This document shows, one piece after another, positions 25,378 through 38,024 of a stretch of 64,000 bases of DNA. Source of the DNA: Octopus bimaculoides (lineage: Eukaryota). The notes under the pieces are model-generated. The model ran no database searches, was not told the DNA's origin, and saw nothing but the letters and a program-made list of their open reading frames with translations. The position numbers and the translations under genes were made by a program. Where the stretch lies: the NCBI RefSeq assembly GCF_001194135.2, contig NC_068983.1, positions 2,042,051 through 2,106,050 of the forward strand, written 5' to 3'. Every line of letters starts with the position of its first letter. Within the stretch, counting starts at the first letter, position 1.

Positions 25378-25842
25378 TTCCTAATCTAGACACAAGGCCC
25401 GAAATATTTGGGGAAGGAGCAGTCGATTAGATCGACCACAGTACGGAACTGGTACTTAATTAATCGACCTCCGAAAGGATGAAATGCAAAGTCNNNNNNN
25501 NNNNNNNNNNNNNNNNNNNNNNNNNNNNNNNNNNNNNNNNNNNNNNNNNNNNNNNNNNNNNNNNNNNNNNNNNNNNNNNNNNNNNNNNNNNNNNNNNNNN
25601 NNNNNNNNNNNNNNNNNNNNNNNNNNNNNNNNNNNNNNNNNNNNNNNNNNNNNNNNNNNNNNNNNNNNNNNNNNNNNNNNNNNNNNNNNNNNNNNNNNNN
25701 NNNNNNNNNNNNNNNNNNNNNNNNNNNNNNNNNNNNNNNNNNNNNNNNNNNNNNNNNNNNNNNNNNNNNNNNNNNNNNNNNNNNNNNNNNNNNNNNNNNN
25801 NNNNNNNNNNNNNNNNNNNNNNNNNNNNNNNNNNNNNNNNNN

Positions 25843-25891
<49 letters not shown>

Positions 25892-26566
25892 GCACGCACG
25901 CACGCACGCACACGCGCGCATACAAATGGTGCACGCAGGCGGGGTGTTTCCAGCTCAGTGGTATTTGTGTCGGTAGCCAGTGAGCTCCATTCTTTGTCGG
26001 GAGTGTTCTTGCCAGAAAGTAATGAATTACATGTTATTACTGTTCTAATTGCGGTTTGTTTCTTTACACGACTTTCCCATTTGTTGCAATCTCTAAAATT
26101 GGTTTCTATTTACACAGGAGATGGTTGAAGCAATTGCTTATAAGGTAAGTCTCCTATCTTCTCAGTTTTTAACAAACAATGTTTCCATTTTACCAAAATT
26201 TCTCTGCCAGTGTATCCGTCTTCACATGAGGATTTATTAATATATTACCTTTATAAGAAATTTGCCTATTTCAATTCACACGTTCTGGAAGTATATTATC
26301 TTTTCCAGAATGAGCAATTCCTTTCAACGATCGAGAAGAAGGTTTATTATATATTAGGTAAGAATATGGGGGGGGGGGTTACTTGATATTAGCTTAGAAA
26401 TGGAAATGAATATTTTCATTTGAACTCAAGGAAACATGCATGAATTATTTCGTATCTTTGGGTAATTCTTTGAAGATGCAAACAATTAGAATAACTGATA
26501 GATAGTTTAGCGAAAGCGATGGAACTTCTCATTCTAAATATTATCTAGCTGTTCATTTGTATGTGG
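23531..26566 (+). CDS. Candidate multi-exon host gene segment built from very small exons; product not recognised
   Basis: AG/GT-bounded candidates: 23531-23572, 23719-23784, 23942-23976, 24406-24439, 24799-24844 (or 24739-24757), 25015-25059, 26118-26144, 26309-26357 and 26549-26566. Phases chain 2-2-2-1-2-0-0-0-1-1 and give a stop-free peptide of about 120 aa. The exons were selected by hand. Confidence 0.5.
25383..25493 (-). mobile_element. SINE family B 3' part, truncated by a gap
   Basis: CACAAGGCCCGAAAT...GTCGATTAGATCGACC...ACTGGTACTT...CCGAAAGGATGAAA. Confidence 0.8.
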
Positions 26567-26795
26567 GTAAATATTCGGGATATCATTTACTCCCAGAATT
26601 CTGCAGTACAAATACCGCTTTGAACATTCTCATCGTTCACCATTCATCAGTTGCAAACATTTGTTCACACTCAGAAAACACTTGTTTGAATCTTGGTGTT
26701 GCATTGCATTCTATTATATATATATATAGTGAATCCAAACAAAGAAGAACAAACAAGGAAAAACAATAACGTGAGGATGAAGTACAAGTACTGTA

Positions 26796-26860
26796 TTATC
26801 AGACGTTCGGGAAAGGATGGAAAGATCGAACGTTTCGAGCAAAGCTCTTCTTCAGAAATA
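26796..26860 (-). ncRNA. Type I hammerhead ribozyme motif in a Penelope-type terminal repeat
   Basis: The minus strand reads UUAUUU-CUGAAGA-A-GAGC-UUU-GCUC-GAAACGUUCG-loop-CGAACGUC|UGAUAA. This gives a 4-bp stem II, a 7-bp stem III, a GUC triplet and an imperfect stem I. Confidence 0.7.
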
Positions 26861-27954
26861 AAAGTCCAAGGGAAGGGAAGAGGGAAGAAAATCGCCAACG
26901 ATATACACTTGATTACATTTTGAACAGGCAAAAACGGATATATATATATATAATTGGATGCCAGTTTTTGCCTGTTTTATCTTGTTTTAGGATACCGGCT
27001 TTGGATTGAAAACGAACGAACACCGCTCAAGTATATGTTTCCTCCCATTTATAACGCCATATCCTTTAGGATTCAGCAATGATCTCTCATCTTTATCGTT
27101 CATTCATTTCCGCCATTTATGTAATGTTTTTCCGATATTTTTAACCCTTTACTACATTTTTTAAAAAATTTTGTGTGTTTTGTTATCGATCTCATTAACA
27201 ATTGAGATATTTGTATTTTATTTCCTATGACACCCTGTATCTTCCTTGGGTTTAGATGATCTTATATCAGCATTCCTGAAGTGGTTTCCTTTGTGACTGC
27301 AACTTTATTGATCAGTTTATTTCTTGTAGAGATATTAATGTTTGCATCTGTCTTCTTTATGCGTTTATGTCTATAATAGCGTAGTTTCCGTTTTGCATTG
27401 TTGCTTCAATTTTGTTGCTAAGTTTCAATTTTGTGGCTTAGAACTTTGTGGCCATGTTTGCTCTTTAACTATTTAGATAAATGTCATTACAACAAAACGA
27501 ACAGTTTACATTTCTCATTTAGCCCAGTGATATTTTTTATATTTTATTTCCTCTTTGCCGTTAATGGACATCTTTTTACTAAAAGTTAATTGTGCTCATA
27601 TTTTCGTTGATGTAGTTTTGTTAATCGATAATATATTGGTTTGTTATTTATTTGTTCAGCGACCGCTATCAGTATCGCTGTGATTTATGTACCAATGTCT
27701 GCGCTTCAAATCTTTTGTGTTTTGGTGATTCTAAATTGTTTTCCATTGCCCGTTCATAATGTGTATTTCTAATATAAGATTTCTATTAATTCCTACGTAG
27801 ATTTTTTTTTTTCGCATTTAGTCTACAAAACAAAATGATAGGTATTGAGACTGTTTCGATCATAATCACTAACTGTCACCGTATATCCATCCACCCATCT
27901 AACTTCTTCCATCCATACAGACGCGTACACAGGCATGCGTTTTGGAAAGCCCGG

Positions 27955-29139
27955 TTTTGGAACATATCAGATAACATCTTAAATTTTATCAACAGATCAA
28001 TGAAGAACTAGAATACAGAGTTAACTTCAGGTGAACAATATTTGGCGAGGGTTAACATCAAGAGAAGTGTATTACCATTGCTGTTTGTGAGAAGATTTGA
28101 TACCGCGACTTTAGTACAAACATCAAAACCAGCAAAAAGTCACATTTTACTGTCTAGAAAGCTTAGAAATTCTCAAGAACCCTGAATTGGATAACGAAAG
28201 TGAAACCATTGCCACAAAACAAGCGAAACGGATAACAGACTGCAAAAAATAACGGGTAGAAACAAATTAGAGAGCGGTGGAGACAACCCCTGCATGGACA
28301 ATATTGTCTTCGAAGTTGAAATTCTGAAGTGGACCAAACAACAGCCCATCAGTGGCTGAAAATGTAAAGCCTGAAGGGTTCACATTGATGGCACAAGGTT
28401 AAAGATTGCTTATCAGATACTACCAAGCTAACGTTCTTCACAACGGTTCTGACTCTAAATGCAGATTCTGCGACACATTTGACGAAACAATAGACCATCT
28501 CGTTTCGGGATGTCCTGTGCTGATACGAAACGAATAAAAAATTCGCCATGATAGGGTGGAAGTATTTACATTGGAAAATATGTAAACATTATAAAATCAG
28601 CGGTTCTGTTTACTGGTATGAACATCATCCTGAGCCTGGTGCTGAAGGTAAAAAATGTCACTATTCTCTGGGATTTTCCTGTCAACCCTGACAAAATGAT
28701 CCTGTCTAATTGACCAGACATAATTATTAAAGACGGAGCAGAAAATACTTGAAGACTAATAGATGTAAGTGTAGTCACTGATAAAAATATATCTGTCAAG
28801 GAATTTGACAAACTAAGTAAATTTAAGGACCTGAAAATTGAAATACAAAAGATGTGGCATCTTAAAGCAAGAACTAATCCTATTATTGTAGATGCCGTAG
28901 ATATGATTTTTAAAAAAGCGATGACAGAAATATCTAGATAAGATCCCAGGAGTATTATGTCTCAGAGAAATCCAAGTGTTGTATTACATGAAGATATTTC
29001 GCTACTGCCCCTGCCCCTCCCCAAGCTTTCAGTCATACAGTAACATCTCTTATCTTTCACTCTCCCTAAGACGCTGGGTGTGTCTCGGCAACTGATTGTA
29101 ACAAACATGCAGATTAAAAGTAAATAATAATAATAATAA
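27955..29139 (+). mobile_element. Decayed R4-clade non-LTR retrotransposon (CCHC + restriction-like endonuclease)
   Basis: CRFCDTFDETIDHLVSGC, RHD, ILWDFPV, PDIIIKD, LIDVSV, KFKDLKIEIQKMW. It ends in (TAA)n at 29124-29139. Confidence 0.85.
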
Positions 29140-30221
29140 AGCAAATGTTCAGAGAATGCAATGGTTTATTCATGGAAATCGCAGAAATATGGCATTTGAA
29201 GGACGTTACAAAGCCAGTAATTGTAAATGCACTAAGAATCATCAAAAAAGAATCTGGACGTTAACATCGCCGAATGAAGTGCAAATAGAATGTTTTATGT
29301 GGTATGTCAGTCACACATTGAAAAGCGCATTGGTCATTGCGAGAACGATTACCAAACACGTAACTATCTTTGTTAACGAGCAGTTGGTTGTATTTATTTT
29401 AATGGCCTATGCATGTTTGGATTGAGTCTTTTGCCGATTGTCGGGAAGATACTGGGCAAGAAACGGTCGCAATTTTGAAAGAAGAAAAACGAATAATAAG
29501 AAGACTATACTCACAGCGCAAAACTAAGTTTTGGCTACGAATTGTAAGATCAACATCTGAGGAGATGAGCAAGTGTCTCCACTATGCCACATCCGTAATA
29601 GAGTGGACGAAATCATTGCCCATATCACTAACGATATTCCTAGACTTTCCCAAAACTTGCTCTACAAGTTGAAGCGACAATACCAGGTAGCGAAAGTGCT
29701 ACATTAGAAACTGCGAAAAGTGGTCTAGAGAGAGACCAGACCTGGTATGAGGACAAACCTTAGAGAATACCGGAGTCGGAGGCTAGCAAAATCCCCTGGG
29801 ATTTCCCAATCCAAACAGATCAGGTGCTAAAGTATAACAGACCGGACCTAGTAGTTGTGGTGGACAAGATGAACCGCATATGCTATATGGTAAGCAGTCA
29901 AAAAGGAAGGCGAAAAACATAGATAAGTACAACACTCAAGTACGAAATAGCCCGGCTATGGAAAATGAAGAAGGCGAAGATAGTGACAATTATTGCTGGC
30001 TTCTTGGGAAAGGTATCAGAAAGCATCAAGAGAAATATAAAGGGAGTTAGAATAGAACCGTTACAAAACGTGCGTCTCCTTGGCACTGCCAGAATAATCA
30101 GGAAAGTATTAGATAGCTGAAAAGAACGAATAGCATGGTACCGTAGTAAGTTCGCTACGCATGCAAGACTCCAGCCCCTCCAACAAAACTTGTAATAAAG
30201 AGAAATAATATTAATAATAAT
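29140..30221 (+). mobile_element. Second decayed R4-clade element
   Basis: LHYATSVIEWTK, WDFPIQTD...NRPDLVVV, EIARLWKMKK...LLGTARIIRKVLDS*. It ends in a TAA-rich tail. Confidence 0.8.
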
Positions 30222-30227
30222 TTCTAA

Positions 30228-30395
30228 AACAGGCACAAGGGCTGCAATTTTGGGGTAGTGGGTAAGTAAATCTCATCGACTCGAGTATTTGAGTCTTAAT
30301 TAATTTATCGACCCTGAATAGATGATTGGCGAAGTCAGCATGGGCAGAATTTTAACTCAAAACGTAAATACGTACAACATTTGCCCAGCGTGCTA
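30228..30395 (-). mobile_element. Degenerate SINE family B
   Basis: GGCACAAGG...TTTATCGACCCTGAA...AACTCAAAACGTAA...TTTGCCCAGCGTGCTA. Confidence 0.7.
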
Positions 30396-30427
30396 CCGAT
30401 TATTCTCGTTTTGCGATTTGATTTCAG

Positions 30428-30466
30428 AAATGGTTTATCTGGAAAGTTGCCAATAAAATGGTCAGA
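30428..30466 (+). CDS. Candidate 39-nt exon
   Basis: Acceptor TTTTGCGATTTGATTTCAG, donor A|GTAAGA. Open as KWFIWKVANKMVR (phase 0-0) or NGLSGKLPIKWS (phase 2-2). Confidence 0.35.
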
Positions 30467-33400
30467 GTAAGAGACGTCTGTCAATGGTAGCGAATTTCAT
30501 GGTTTCTTTTAAATTACATGATGTTTGTCTTTATGATACGGAGAAGAACTAGATTACTATTTGACTACGCTAGGATATTTTAAGACCCGTTGGGTGTGAC
30601 TAGTTAACAGGTAGATTGCGAGTGAGTTCCGAAGTCTTAGTGGCAATTTATGAAGTGTTGTGTCGAACAACACCTGTTAAAAGTGAATCACTTGTGGCTG
30701 AGATATAATATGAAGAGTGAGTCATATACAAACACACTGTGTTACAGATCAAATTTGAGAAACGCATCAACAAAACAAAATATAAGTTTTGTGCGATCTG
30801 ACTGAGAGATTCCATTATCATATATGTATATTTCCATAGTAAAGGACTTGTCTTTGATATTTGCTGAAACAGCCAACTAGATATGGGTACACCTGATTTG
30901 ATAAAGGTCATTCTGTCTGATGCATCCATATGCAACCTTACTGAAAAAAGGGGTTTAACGTAAAGTTTAGACCCGAAATATATGACGGAGGTTTATAAAA
31001 GTAAAGTTAGTCGTTTGTACACGTCATAACAATCCCAGTTGTCAAAATGTTGCTAACGCCGGAGGAAAAACTTTATAGGAAGAAATAGGTAAGCTGTTAG
31101 CTAATATATGGCACAGCAAGGAATGTACACAGTAAATCTTCTGGTAATTCAGAAAACAATGCTGGTCAGACTGGTTGGAAGAATAAAACTATATTCTTCA
31201 ATGAGAAAGAAAATGAATTGTTAAAACTTCCATTAATATTTCCAATTAGAATTTATTGGGTAAATTAATTTGCATTGGTTAGTAAAGAGACACGTAAAAA
31301 AGAGGCAAATTGAAGAAATTAGCAACTATGTTAAAAAGATTTCAATCTCTGTAGATGGAGGCACGGATGGATTTGACAATTCGATCTTGATGTTGGGCGT
31401 CGCAAGATAAAGAGTGACTTCATGTCGATGTTTGCGAGATCTACGACGACTATCTGTAGATAGCGTTGGAGATGGTGGGACTGAACGTTTGTGGTGTAGA
31501 GTTCGATGATGGAAATATTAAATATTCAGTAGCATGACATTGAGCACTTTGCTGAAGAATAATGCACCGAAGGCGAAATGGGAGTCCATCATACGGTAGC
31601 ATTTCTTAATAATCAGTAGGATATTATAAACGAGTAAATGTCTTGAATTAAATAATAGGTGGAATCTAATAAAACTGTGGTGAACCAGAGCTAAATTAAA
31701 GAAGTAACTAAATACAACAAACTCAGAATAAATATGGAATATTTACTAACCAAAACCAAAACAAATTTGCTGCAGCGAAGATATAAATACAATTTAATGA
31801 CAGAAAAATCTAATTAAAGAATAATGTAGGACGAAATCTGAGAATATAAAAGTACGAAAGTCAAAATAGATTAAAATCAATAGAAAGAATCTTACGTTTG
31901 GACGAGGGAAAGATAAATTGTAATAACTACGTTATAACAAGAGAAAGATCACAGGGTCGACCTTCATAGGCATGGTAGAATATCACCAGAAGAAATTAAC
32001 TAATTTATGCAATGGCCTCAACAAAAAAGTGAATATTTCTTTAAAACGTCTCGCCTACAGATACTTAAGAGGAAAAAAAAAAATCACTAAATATTCGAAA
32101 TAACGATAATAAATTGATAGTTTCTTTCATTCTTTAGATCGAGAATAAATAGAAAAGGAAAAATAGAAAATGCACGATCTTATTCTTGGAAATGTTCGTA
32201 ATCCCAGACTTACAAATACTTTAAAATTAATGAAGCAGACAAAATTTCATTCGGACAAATAGGAATGCGAAATCAAAGGCCAGTCAAATCGTGAGATTCT
32301 TCCTAATTCGCAAATAAACTTTCGCGCTAAATCGTCAACAGTTCTTTGAACAAAATAATGTACAGAATGAAAACCATTTTAACAAGTGAGTAGAAGAGAG
32401 AAATACAGAATACAGTTTTAGTAGGAAGAGCACTTGGAGATTTTAAAGAAGAATGTACAATGGAGCAACAACACACGCAAATAAGATTTTTAAAAACAAG
32501 ATCTACTTCAAAAAATATCATAGGAAGAAATGCCGACGGTTGCAATCGTGATATTACAAATTACGAACTTGAGAATCTACGAAGGTAGAGAAAATTCAGA
32601 CGTTACGTTAAAACATGTTTAAAATATTCAAAAATATTTACAAATATATCAAACATTGTTCTGAGAGTGCCAGAGGTAAAATATCACCGACATAACCATG
32701 AATTAAAAGGGATCTTAATTTTCAAGAATAATTATCAACAACTTGTAAAATGAAAGGTCTATTACATAAGCATTCCTGGCTGTAGGAATGTATTATCACC
32801 AGAATTATGAGGCTTATCAGAAAAAGGTGAAATTCCACAGTAAAAAAAATCACGTATTGAGGAAGAAGGGCAAAACGAAGAAAAAGAAGAAAGAAAACAG
32901 AGTAAAACGAAGAGAAGAAGCAGACAACATAGGTTTTATTTGTGTTTGTTTAACACAAGACATTTTGAAACATTATCCCAGTGTAAGATATTTCTAATCA
33001 AGTTATTGCTAATTAAATCATCACTAATTAAACAGGTGTCAAATGTTAAGCTTTTTGAACAAAAATTAATCACTGGGAAAACATTTAAACTCAAAATAAA
33101 TTCCATTTACAGAAAATATAATTTTCCCTTTCTTCTCGTTCACTTCTGTGGAGTATCTGGAGTTAACATCTTTAACCAATATGCTGAACCAGACTCTTTT
33201 CGGATCTGAATGTTATTGGATGGCAATTAAGAAGCTCTATATAACTGACATCTAATTGTATGTGGTAGATGATAAACAGATGGGGAATCCGCTAAATACA
33301 TTTCCCCGATGGTGCAGAAAAATTAATATGAAATTCCGTTTGTGAAAGTTTGCTAGGACAACGTCGAACAGCAGAAAATTAATAAAAAGACAGTTGTATC

Positions 33401-34532
33401 GTGTTAGGTAAAGTGACAGAGATATAAGAATTAGAGCGAAGAGAAACTGATAAATATAAGGAATTAATGAACGAGAAAGATTGAAAGAGAGACAATGAAA
33501 GATAAAGGTTAAGGAAGAGCAACACTGACGCCTGTAATTCATACATAAAGCAGCGAAATGGCAAACATTAGTTATTAGATGTCAATATTCTGATGGCTTA
33601 AGTAATGACTTATCGTTGTAATTTCTCAGCTGAGAGTTAATTACCAGGACCAGACAGAAAATAAAAACGAGAAAAACAATATAAAAATAGTATCTCGATT
33701 TACAATACGTCATATAAAGGATGAAATATTATATTGACGACTTATACAGAGGATTGTCTCTCTTAAACTAGAAAACAATAAGTGACCAATAACAAAATAT
33801 GAACAAAAACAAAACTAATTTGTGGTTTTAGGCATTTCAAAATGATTCTAACAGGCTGAACTAACAAAAATATTCCCATAGCAACGTGTAGAATTTGTAT
33901 TTAAAAAATGCTGAAAAATACTCAATGATTTTATTGCAAGTGTCTTCCTAAAATAATGGAAAAATTAGAAGTAAAATAAATCACCGCCAAAACTAGAATA
34001 CCATGATTTTAATCTGGGACCAAACGATTTTTGACGGCGGTACACCTTCGGGAAACATTGTAAATGTTATTCAAGAAATATTGTGTTAGATGTGAAAAAG
34101 CAATGACATGTTAATCGTGTTTAAGTCTTGTAAAAGAGGGAGGATTATGAAGAAGCAATGAAACCCGTTGATTATTGGTGAGCCTTGTAAGGTAGTGGAG
34201 AAACGTGTGTGTGAGTTCAAGTCTGATAAGTGCCATGAAAAGGTTCTGAACACATTTCGATAGTGACCAGTAGGATGAAGACGTACTGGAGTCAAGTGAA
34301 TGGCATTTCAGGGGTTCTCATGACCACTGTTTTATATAGAAGCTGATATTATAAGATATTTTCAGAAAACAATCATTACTTGATTTAGTTAAGATAATGA
34401 TGGTAAAGTTATGAAGATGTAATGAGTTTGGATAATTAAAACATACAATAATATAATAAAAGGACAATTTAAATGACATTTCCCTCGATATATAAGGTGC
34501 TCTATTAAATTCGGTTACTAACTGTTATTCAT

Positions 34533-34570
<38 letters not shown>

Positions 34571-34897
34571 ACACACACACACGTATGTGGATGGATGTTT
34601 GCATATATGTATGTATGTATGAAAGAGACAGTGGGTAGGCGTGCGTCCGTCCACTGGTTTCAAAGTAGGACAGCTTCTGTTCTGATGACTGCTATTGAAG
34701 CATAAATTTCTCATTCGTCATCTTGTCATGAAATAATCAGATTGACTTTTCATTACTGCCATGGCAATTTGAGAGAATCGTTAATATTATCTTCCAGTCT
34801 CATTTATATTGGCCTTTTTCTGTCGTGGGTCTTTACAGTCTTTCTTTATGCTCTTCAGCAATAGAGGTTGCACTGCATATTAGGTCATTTTCATTTG

Positions 34898-35400
34898 CTA
34901 TTATTATTATTATTATTATTATTGAGTGAGAGAGCAGTGCATGCCATCAAAATGACACTGGGGTACAAATATACGAAGCCCATTATACCCATCATGACTA
35001 CCCGTCTGATAAGAGTACACCAAGCACATGCACCACAACCATTTGTGCACGACATGGGGATCTTATATCAAGATAAACAGCGCATGACCTTACAGGTGGG
35101 CCCAGTTAGAATCTTCAAGTCGAGTAGCACATCCCAGTCAAACGTTCCCTGAATAAGGTTTAAGGATGTTGAACTAAACACCCACGTTTACAGAAATGGA
35201 GAATTCAAACCCCAAAGAATTTCTCTCAAAACATGGCTATGATGCTCACCCACTACTTCTGCTCGTGTTCAGTGATACACATATCGTCAGCCACCAAAGT
35301 ACATGCTCAACTGGCTATGGTCAAACAGTTAAGCAGATATGTGGCATTGAGTAGAATATTTCCTGTAACAAATCTTTTATACCGATAGAAAACATGTACA
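34898..35400 (-). mobile_element. Non-coding retroelement 3' region ending in (TAA)n
   Basis: Directly abuts (TTA)n at 34898-34923. It resembles a common octopus repeat (from recall) and has no recognisable ORF. Confidence 0.45.
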
Positions 35401-35479
35401 TGATAACAGTTCCAATCAGTTAAGATCAAAAGCCATGGGAACCACTGCCTCGTACTGTGTCAAGGCATTTATCGTTCTT

Positions 35480-35840
35480 CTTACTATTACTAAGGTGACG
35501 AGCTGACAAAATCGTAAGAACCATTTCTTCCGGTTTACGTTTCGAATTAGAGTCGACAGAATAAGAACGATTTAGGCTCTGGGAGCGATGTAATCGACTA
35601 TTTCACTCTTAACCTTTCAGGCATTGCGCCTATAATTATAAGAATTATTATCACTATTAAGGCGACGTGTTAGCAGAATCGTTAGCGCGTCGAATACAAT
35701 CTTTTTGTGGTATGTCGTCTGCCTTTTACTCGGAGTTCAACACACCCCGATTTCAACTGTGCCTTTCAACTTTTGATTCGACAAATAATTGACCAGTCAA
35801 GTATTGGGATTAATGGTGTCGACTAACACCCACTCACATC
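35480..35840 (+). mobile_element. Two degenerate SINE family B copies in tandem
   Basis: TAAGGTGACGAGCTGACAAAATCG... and TAAGGCGACGTGTTAGCAGAATCGTTAGC..., each followed by family B body remnants. Confidence 0.6.
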
Positions 35841-37225
35841 AATAATCCGCTCTCTTTTCTTTGGTCTTTTGCAAAGCGTGATAATCAGGAATGGGTGATT
35901 AGGATTTCGCCGGTCTCACCGCAACTACCAATCTGGTGCACATTACTCCTGATTTGACCGATGTTAAATGGTACAATGGTTACAAATAGCAAACAGGGCA
36001 AAATAGGGAGAAGGGAAAATGTCCGAGAAAAAAAAACCTCCAATCACAGGAAGATATGTGGTGGGGTTAGGTAATCCAAGTAATCTCTTGCTTAATACAT
36101 GTGAATACGGGGAAAAACAATGTTTCGTGCCGTTTTGTGAAGCCTGACCCTTCATAGCAAAGAAAAACAATAACAAAATAATGATAAAGACAAAGATAAT
36201 GATGATGGTAAAAACAAAAGATAAAGACAAAAAAAAAACAGACAAAAACAAGTATTACATTGTCTTTCTTATTCAAGGACGTGTCCGCATCGTGTTTGTT
36301 ATTTAATTCTCCGTCTGTCTCCATTAATTAACTTTACGTCTGTATTAATTCGTTCCACGAGGAAAAACTTTTCATTCGTGACCCCGAATGGCATTTTATC
36401 TCAGATGGTCTTACAAGGATCAGATTATACGACAAGAAAGATTTATTTCAGTGAAGTTTTCTTCATTTTATTTATGACTCGTACGGTCTTCGCACGTTCG
36501 ATTCTCTCGGCAGAATAACATGCCAGGTCCTTCCCTTTAGGACATTTTGATCAAGTGAAAACAGACAGGTTAAATGGATTTGAACCCAGAACCTTCAGAC
36601 CTGATTGACCTCACATCTTCAACGTCTTGGCTATCAACCTTAAAATATATCCTCAAACATTATGCTTTACATACACGAAAACTTGAATCAAAATGTCAGC
36701 GGTAAGATACAATTAATTTTACCAAACACTTCTTGTCAACGCATATATTAATATACAATGCTTCCTGCTTGTTTAATTAATGTAGCCGCTACTTATGCCT
36801 TCTTTTCAGTTAATACGCTTGCTATATTTTCTAAATTTATTTCAACTCTTGAAAATTAAATTTTCTCCAAACTCAAACTAATTAAGTATGTATTTAATTA
36901 AAAGAATGAGTATCGTAGATGTACATATGAAATAATTGTTATAAGGAAACGGAAAGGAAATTAGGTCTCTCAATAATTCGGATTAGGTGAAACGCAGGAA
37001 AAAAAGCCATGAAAAACATTAAAATAAACTTTGTATAGGGTAGAGAGAAAATACAAACATTTACAGAGGCTTCTAAACAAAAATGGTATCTCTCCCTGGC
37101 GGTTATGAATTCAAGAGTAATAGAATTATACTTACTGAAATTACAATCCTATAATTATTCTTCAAAATGTTAAGTAAATACCAGTGAACAACCTAAACAT
37201 ACTAATCATATAAGATGAATATATT

Positions 37226-37445
37226 TATTTCCTTATTGCCCACAGGTGGCTAAACAGAGAGAACAAAGGGATTAAGTCGATTATATAGACCCCAGTGCGT
37301 AACTGAGTCTTATTTAATCGGCCCGGAAAAGATGAAAGGCAAAGCCGACCTCGGTGGAATTTGAACTCAGAACATAACGGCAGACGAAATACTGCTAAGC
37401 ATTTCGTCCGCCCGGCGTGCTAACGATTCGGCCAGCTCGCCGACC
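37226..37445 (-). mobile_element. Full-length SINE family B with Tx1-type tail and 17-bp TSD
   Basis: The minus-strand tail is TTTAGCCACCTGTGGGCAATAAGGAAAT. The TSD is TATAAGATGAA(T/C)ATATT at 37209-37225 and 37446-37462. Confidence 0.9.
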
Positions 37446-38024
37446 TATAAGATGAACATATTAGACGTTATCAACCACATATCGAAAAAAAATACATCAC
37501 ATGAAGAACACTGAACATAGAAAAGTAAAGCAATGCACAGGTATACTTACAGAAAGACAGGATCAGAATTGTCTACAGATAATACAGTAGATTCATAATG
37601 GATTACATCTGACTGGGATCCCAATATTTCCACAGCAAATCACAAACAACAACGGATACTACACAGCACATTTAGCATCACGTTTTACCCAGGCCACAGC
37701 CGTCGTATTTACAGGTCTCTGAATAAAGGGATAAATATTGAAGATGCAAGAATTAAATCAGTGCTAAAAGAGAAGCGAAATTATATATTTCAATAATTTT
37801 ATATTAAGAGAAACGTTAAGAAAACGAAATAGAATACTGAACTACACCGAAATATATTACGTAAACGGTAGAGGGATTCTCAGAATGGCATCTAAATAAA
37901 TGGAATCTGTTCCTTGTATTCATGAGAATATAATGCAAGCAAGTCATATGATTTCTAAAAACCTTTGGAAGGACTCGAGTCAAAATATGTGCTGATGAAC
38001 GAGAAGATATCTTGTTTAAACATT

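Noticed and set aside
31039-31088. Plus-strand exon candidate ending at GTAAGC
   Set aside because: All three frames contain a stop codon.
31200-34300. Possible RTE-like LINE remnants
   Set aside because: Only short, isolated motif resemblances (RGLSLLN, CGFR, GRP..W) were found, too decayed to assign boundaries or clade.
37136-37718. Minus-strand exon candidates (57 nt VVHWYLLNILKNNYRIVIS, plus 22-nt and 30-nt neighbours)
   Set aside because: Donors are good, but the phases could not be chained without stops. Consistent with chance in AT-rich DNA.
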